DNA from: Cirrosporium novae-zelandiae
Lineage: Eukaryota
NCBI GenBank assembly: GCA_026023565.1
Contig: JAPETS010000021.1
Coordinates: forward strand, 310,001 to 374,000
Direction of reading: 5' to 3'
Length of the DNA stretch: 64,000 nucleotides
This document shows, piece after piece, positions 62,101 to 64,000 of this stretch. Numbering within the stretch: position 1 is the stretch's first letter; each line of letters starts with the position of its first letter. The notes beneath the pieces are model-generated. The model was not told where the DNA came from and ran no database searches. It saw nothing but the letters and a program-made list of their open reading frames with translations. Made by a program: the position numbers and the translations under genes.

Positions 62101-63693
62101 TGATACGATAAAGCTCCAAGGGTTTAACCGTAGACAGTCCTCAACTAGATGGGATATATTTTCCATGATCGGAGCTAGAATTCCTTCCCCTCGGTCGGAG
62201 TCCGAGAGGAGCTTTTGTAATAGAATTTCTGATAGGCTTCGGTTATATTTACGATAACCACTCAACTCTTTCCAATAGATCCGTAATAGCAAAAGCCAGA
62301 CAGGTAATTTATCATCACTGGAACGTTCAAACGAGACCAAGAGCCATTCAAGATAGTGATCTTGGTCTACAAGGTGTTCAAAGTATAGATGTGTAGCTAG
62401 TTTTAAGCTGGAATCCATGAGTTAAGCCTATTGCACTGAAACTAAAATAATGTAGGACTACTTACGTATACTGAATCTTGGTACGCCAATCATTTGAGCC
62501 ACAGCAGGATATAGCATTCTCGACTGACTGTTCAACGCAGATCGTCCAATCTCTGATCCATTTGGCATCTCCGCCTTGAACGAAAGTACCACTAGCACCT
62601 TTACGACGAAATGCGCGAATTTCATTGGCGCCAACGCACCTTGCCAGCCATACAGCTCTCGCAATAGGAATACTTTTACTTAAACAGTGATCAAGTAAAC
62701 CTTTTCCTCTGATACCATGTGGTATCGTTCGGCTAAGCCGTCGAAGGGGAACTACAGGGGAGGCAAGATCTCGAAGCCAAGCTTCACGTCTGCTATCGGT
62801 AAGGGTGACTCGCGGGGGCGGTTTGAAAGAGGAAGGCTCTATAACTCGACCTTGCGAATCCCTTTGTTGCAAAGCAGCAGAAAGCAAAATGGATAGATTT
62901 TGTAATCCAGCCTTGTGTTTCAGATTACGGTATATTATAGGTCTTGCTGTCGAGCACTCATCGTTGGAAACTTTTATCTTGTCGTAGAACCCTGTTTTGA
63001 TAACCTGATCGTTGAAAGTGTCCTCAAGGGTTTCTCCAGTCCACGGTGAGAAGTCGGTCGGCTCTTATAAAATAGGTATAGTTAGTGATACTGATAAGAT
63101 AGAAATCGGAGGGGGCTATAGATCAACATACTATTTCTACGATACTGTGGCGCAATTAATGGCATCTCAAAGACGAAGGGTATTTGCGGAACTTTACCAC
63201 GTGGTAAAGTCGTGTTTTCTTTAACTTTAGGCTTTTGTCTTTCCGGTCCGGATGTAAAAGCCCAAGGATGGCTCGGTAATGGTGGAAGCTCTTCTTCCTC
63301 TTGGTTTTTGAATATATCATCTTTGGGTTTCCAATCCTGGCTAGTAGATTCTTCGCTATATCTGGCGAGATGTTCCTCGAAGGTCCATCCAGGCTTCCTC
63401 GCTGAAGGGCCCTTAAGACGGTTTGTCCGGGTAATACTGCCCAATGTGCTGGTTGGAGAAGTTATCATTGATGCATCTCGGGAGTAATCAACTTTTTGGT
63501 GTTTCGGCTGTAGGTGAACTTCATAAGCGATTATATCTCCATCGGTCAAGTCTATTACGGGGATTTGCCCTGGAGTGAGCGTCGAGGATTCCACCCTGTT
63601 CCGTGTAAGCTGTCTAGCGGTATGCTGAACCCCTCTAGCAGGTTTAGAGGCATGATATCTCTGAGTTCCCGGTAAAGAAGGATGACTTGTCAT
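59116..63693 (-). CDS. SRB8: Mediator subunit Med12 (Srb8), 3 exons
   Basis: DFSPWTG, FKPPPRVTLTDSRREAWLRDLA..PLRRLSRTIPHG...IPIARAVWLARCVGANE; C-terminal WEILEEPTPYVGNNDTALSLGLFNARR. Confidence 0.93.
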
Positions 63694-64000
63694 TGCATGG
63701 ACATTATGCGCAGTGATGCTGATTTGGGAAGTAAGGTTAAGAACGCTAAGCGCGGGCCCCGAACCAGCAAGCGCCCAACAGTGGTGGAACCCAAAAATAA
63801 GAGTAAGTACTGTACATCAGTCTCTATTTTCTATTTTTCTTAAAGACCTCGCCCAAATATTGAACTGCAAAAATCGAGTTTCATTTTTGCAATTTGTATG
63901 TTACCAAGTAGATCCTCCTAGTTTTAACACTACTCTAACAGGTATTAGACTACATTACCTCCTATTCATTCAAGCTTCAAGACCGCTTATTGATAATCGT

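Overview
Gene-dense, intron-containing region of a filamentous ascomycete (Pezizomycotina-like) nuclear genome. About 23 spliced protein-coding genes were identified by manual translation, mostly housekeeping: DOPA dioxygenase-like, SOS7, MKT1, samB, G-beta, phosducin, TAF14, YRB1, a GT15 mannosyltransferase, PRP19, a SIM-RING protein, PHS1, rhomboid, POL3, APN2, COX13, APC5, NOP6-like, RAC1, RGD1, MED12 and two proteins of unknown function. Accessory DNA comprises a decayed 2OG-Fe(II) oxygenase pseudogene with RIP-like transitions and a TIR-bounded Tc1/mariner relic whose transposase centre is replaced by nested solo-LTR-like pieces. The most interesting hypothesis is a 902-aa single-pass membrane protein with a motif layout like a selective-autophagy receptor. 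Other observations are two regulator-target gene pairs, a probable GC-AG intron, microexons and a recurrent intergenic palindrome. No clearly novel multi-gene system is demonstrable. All family assignments come from motif recognition, not database searches.
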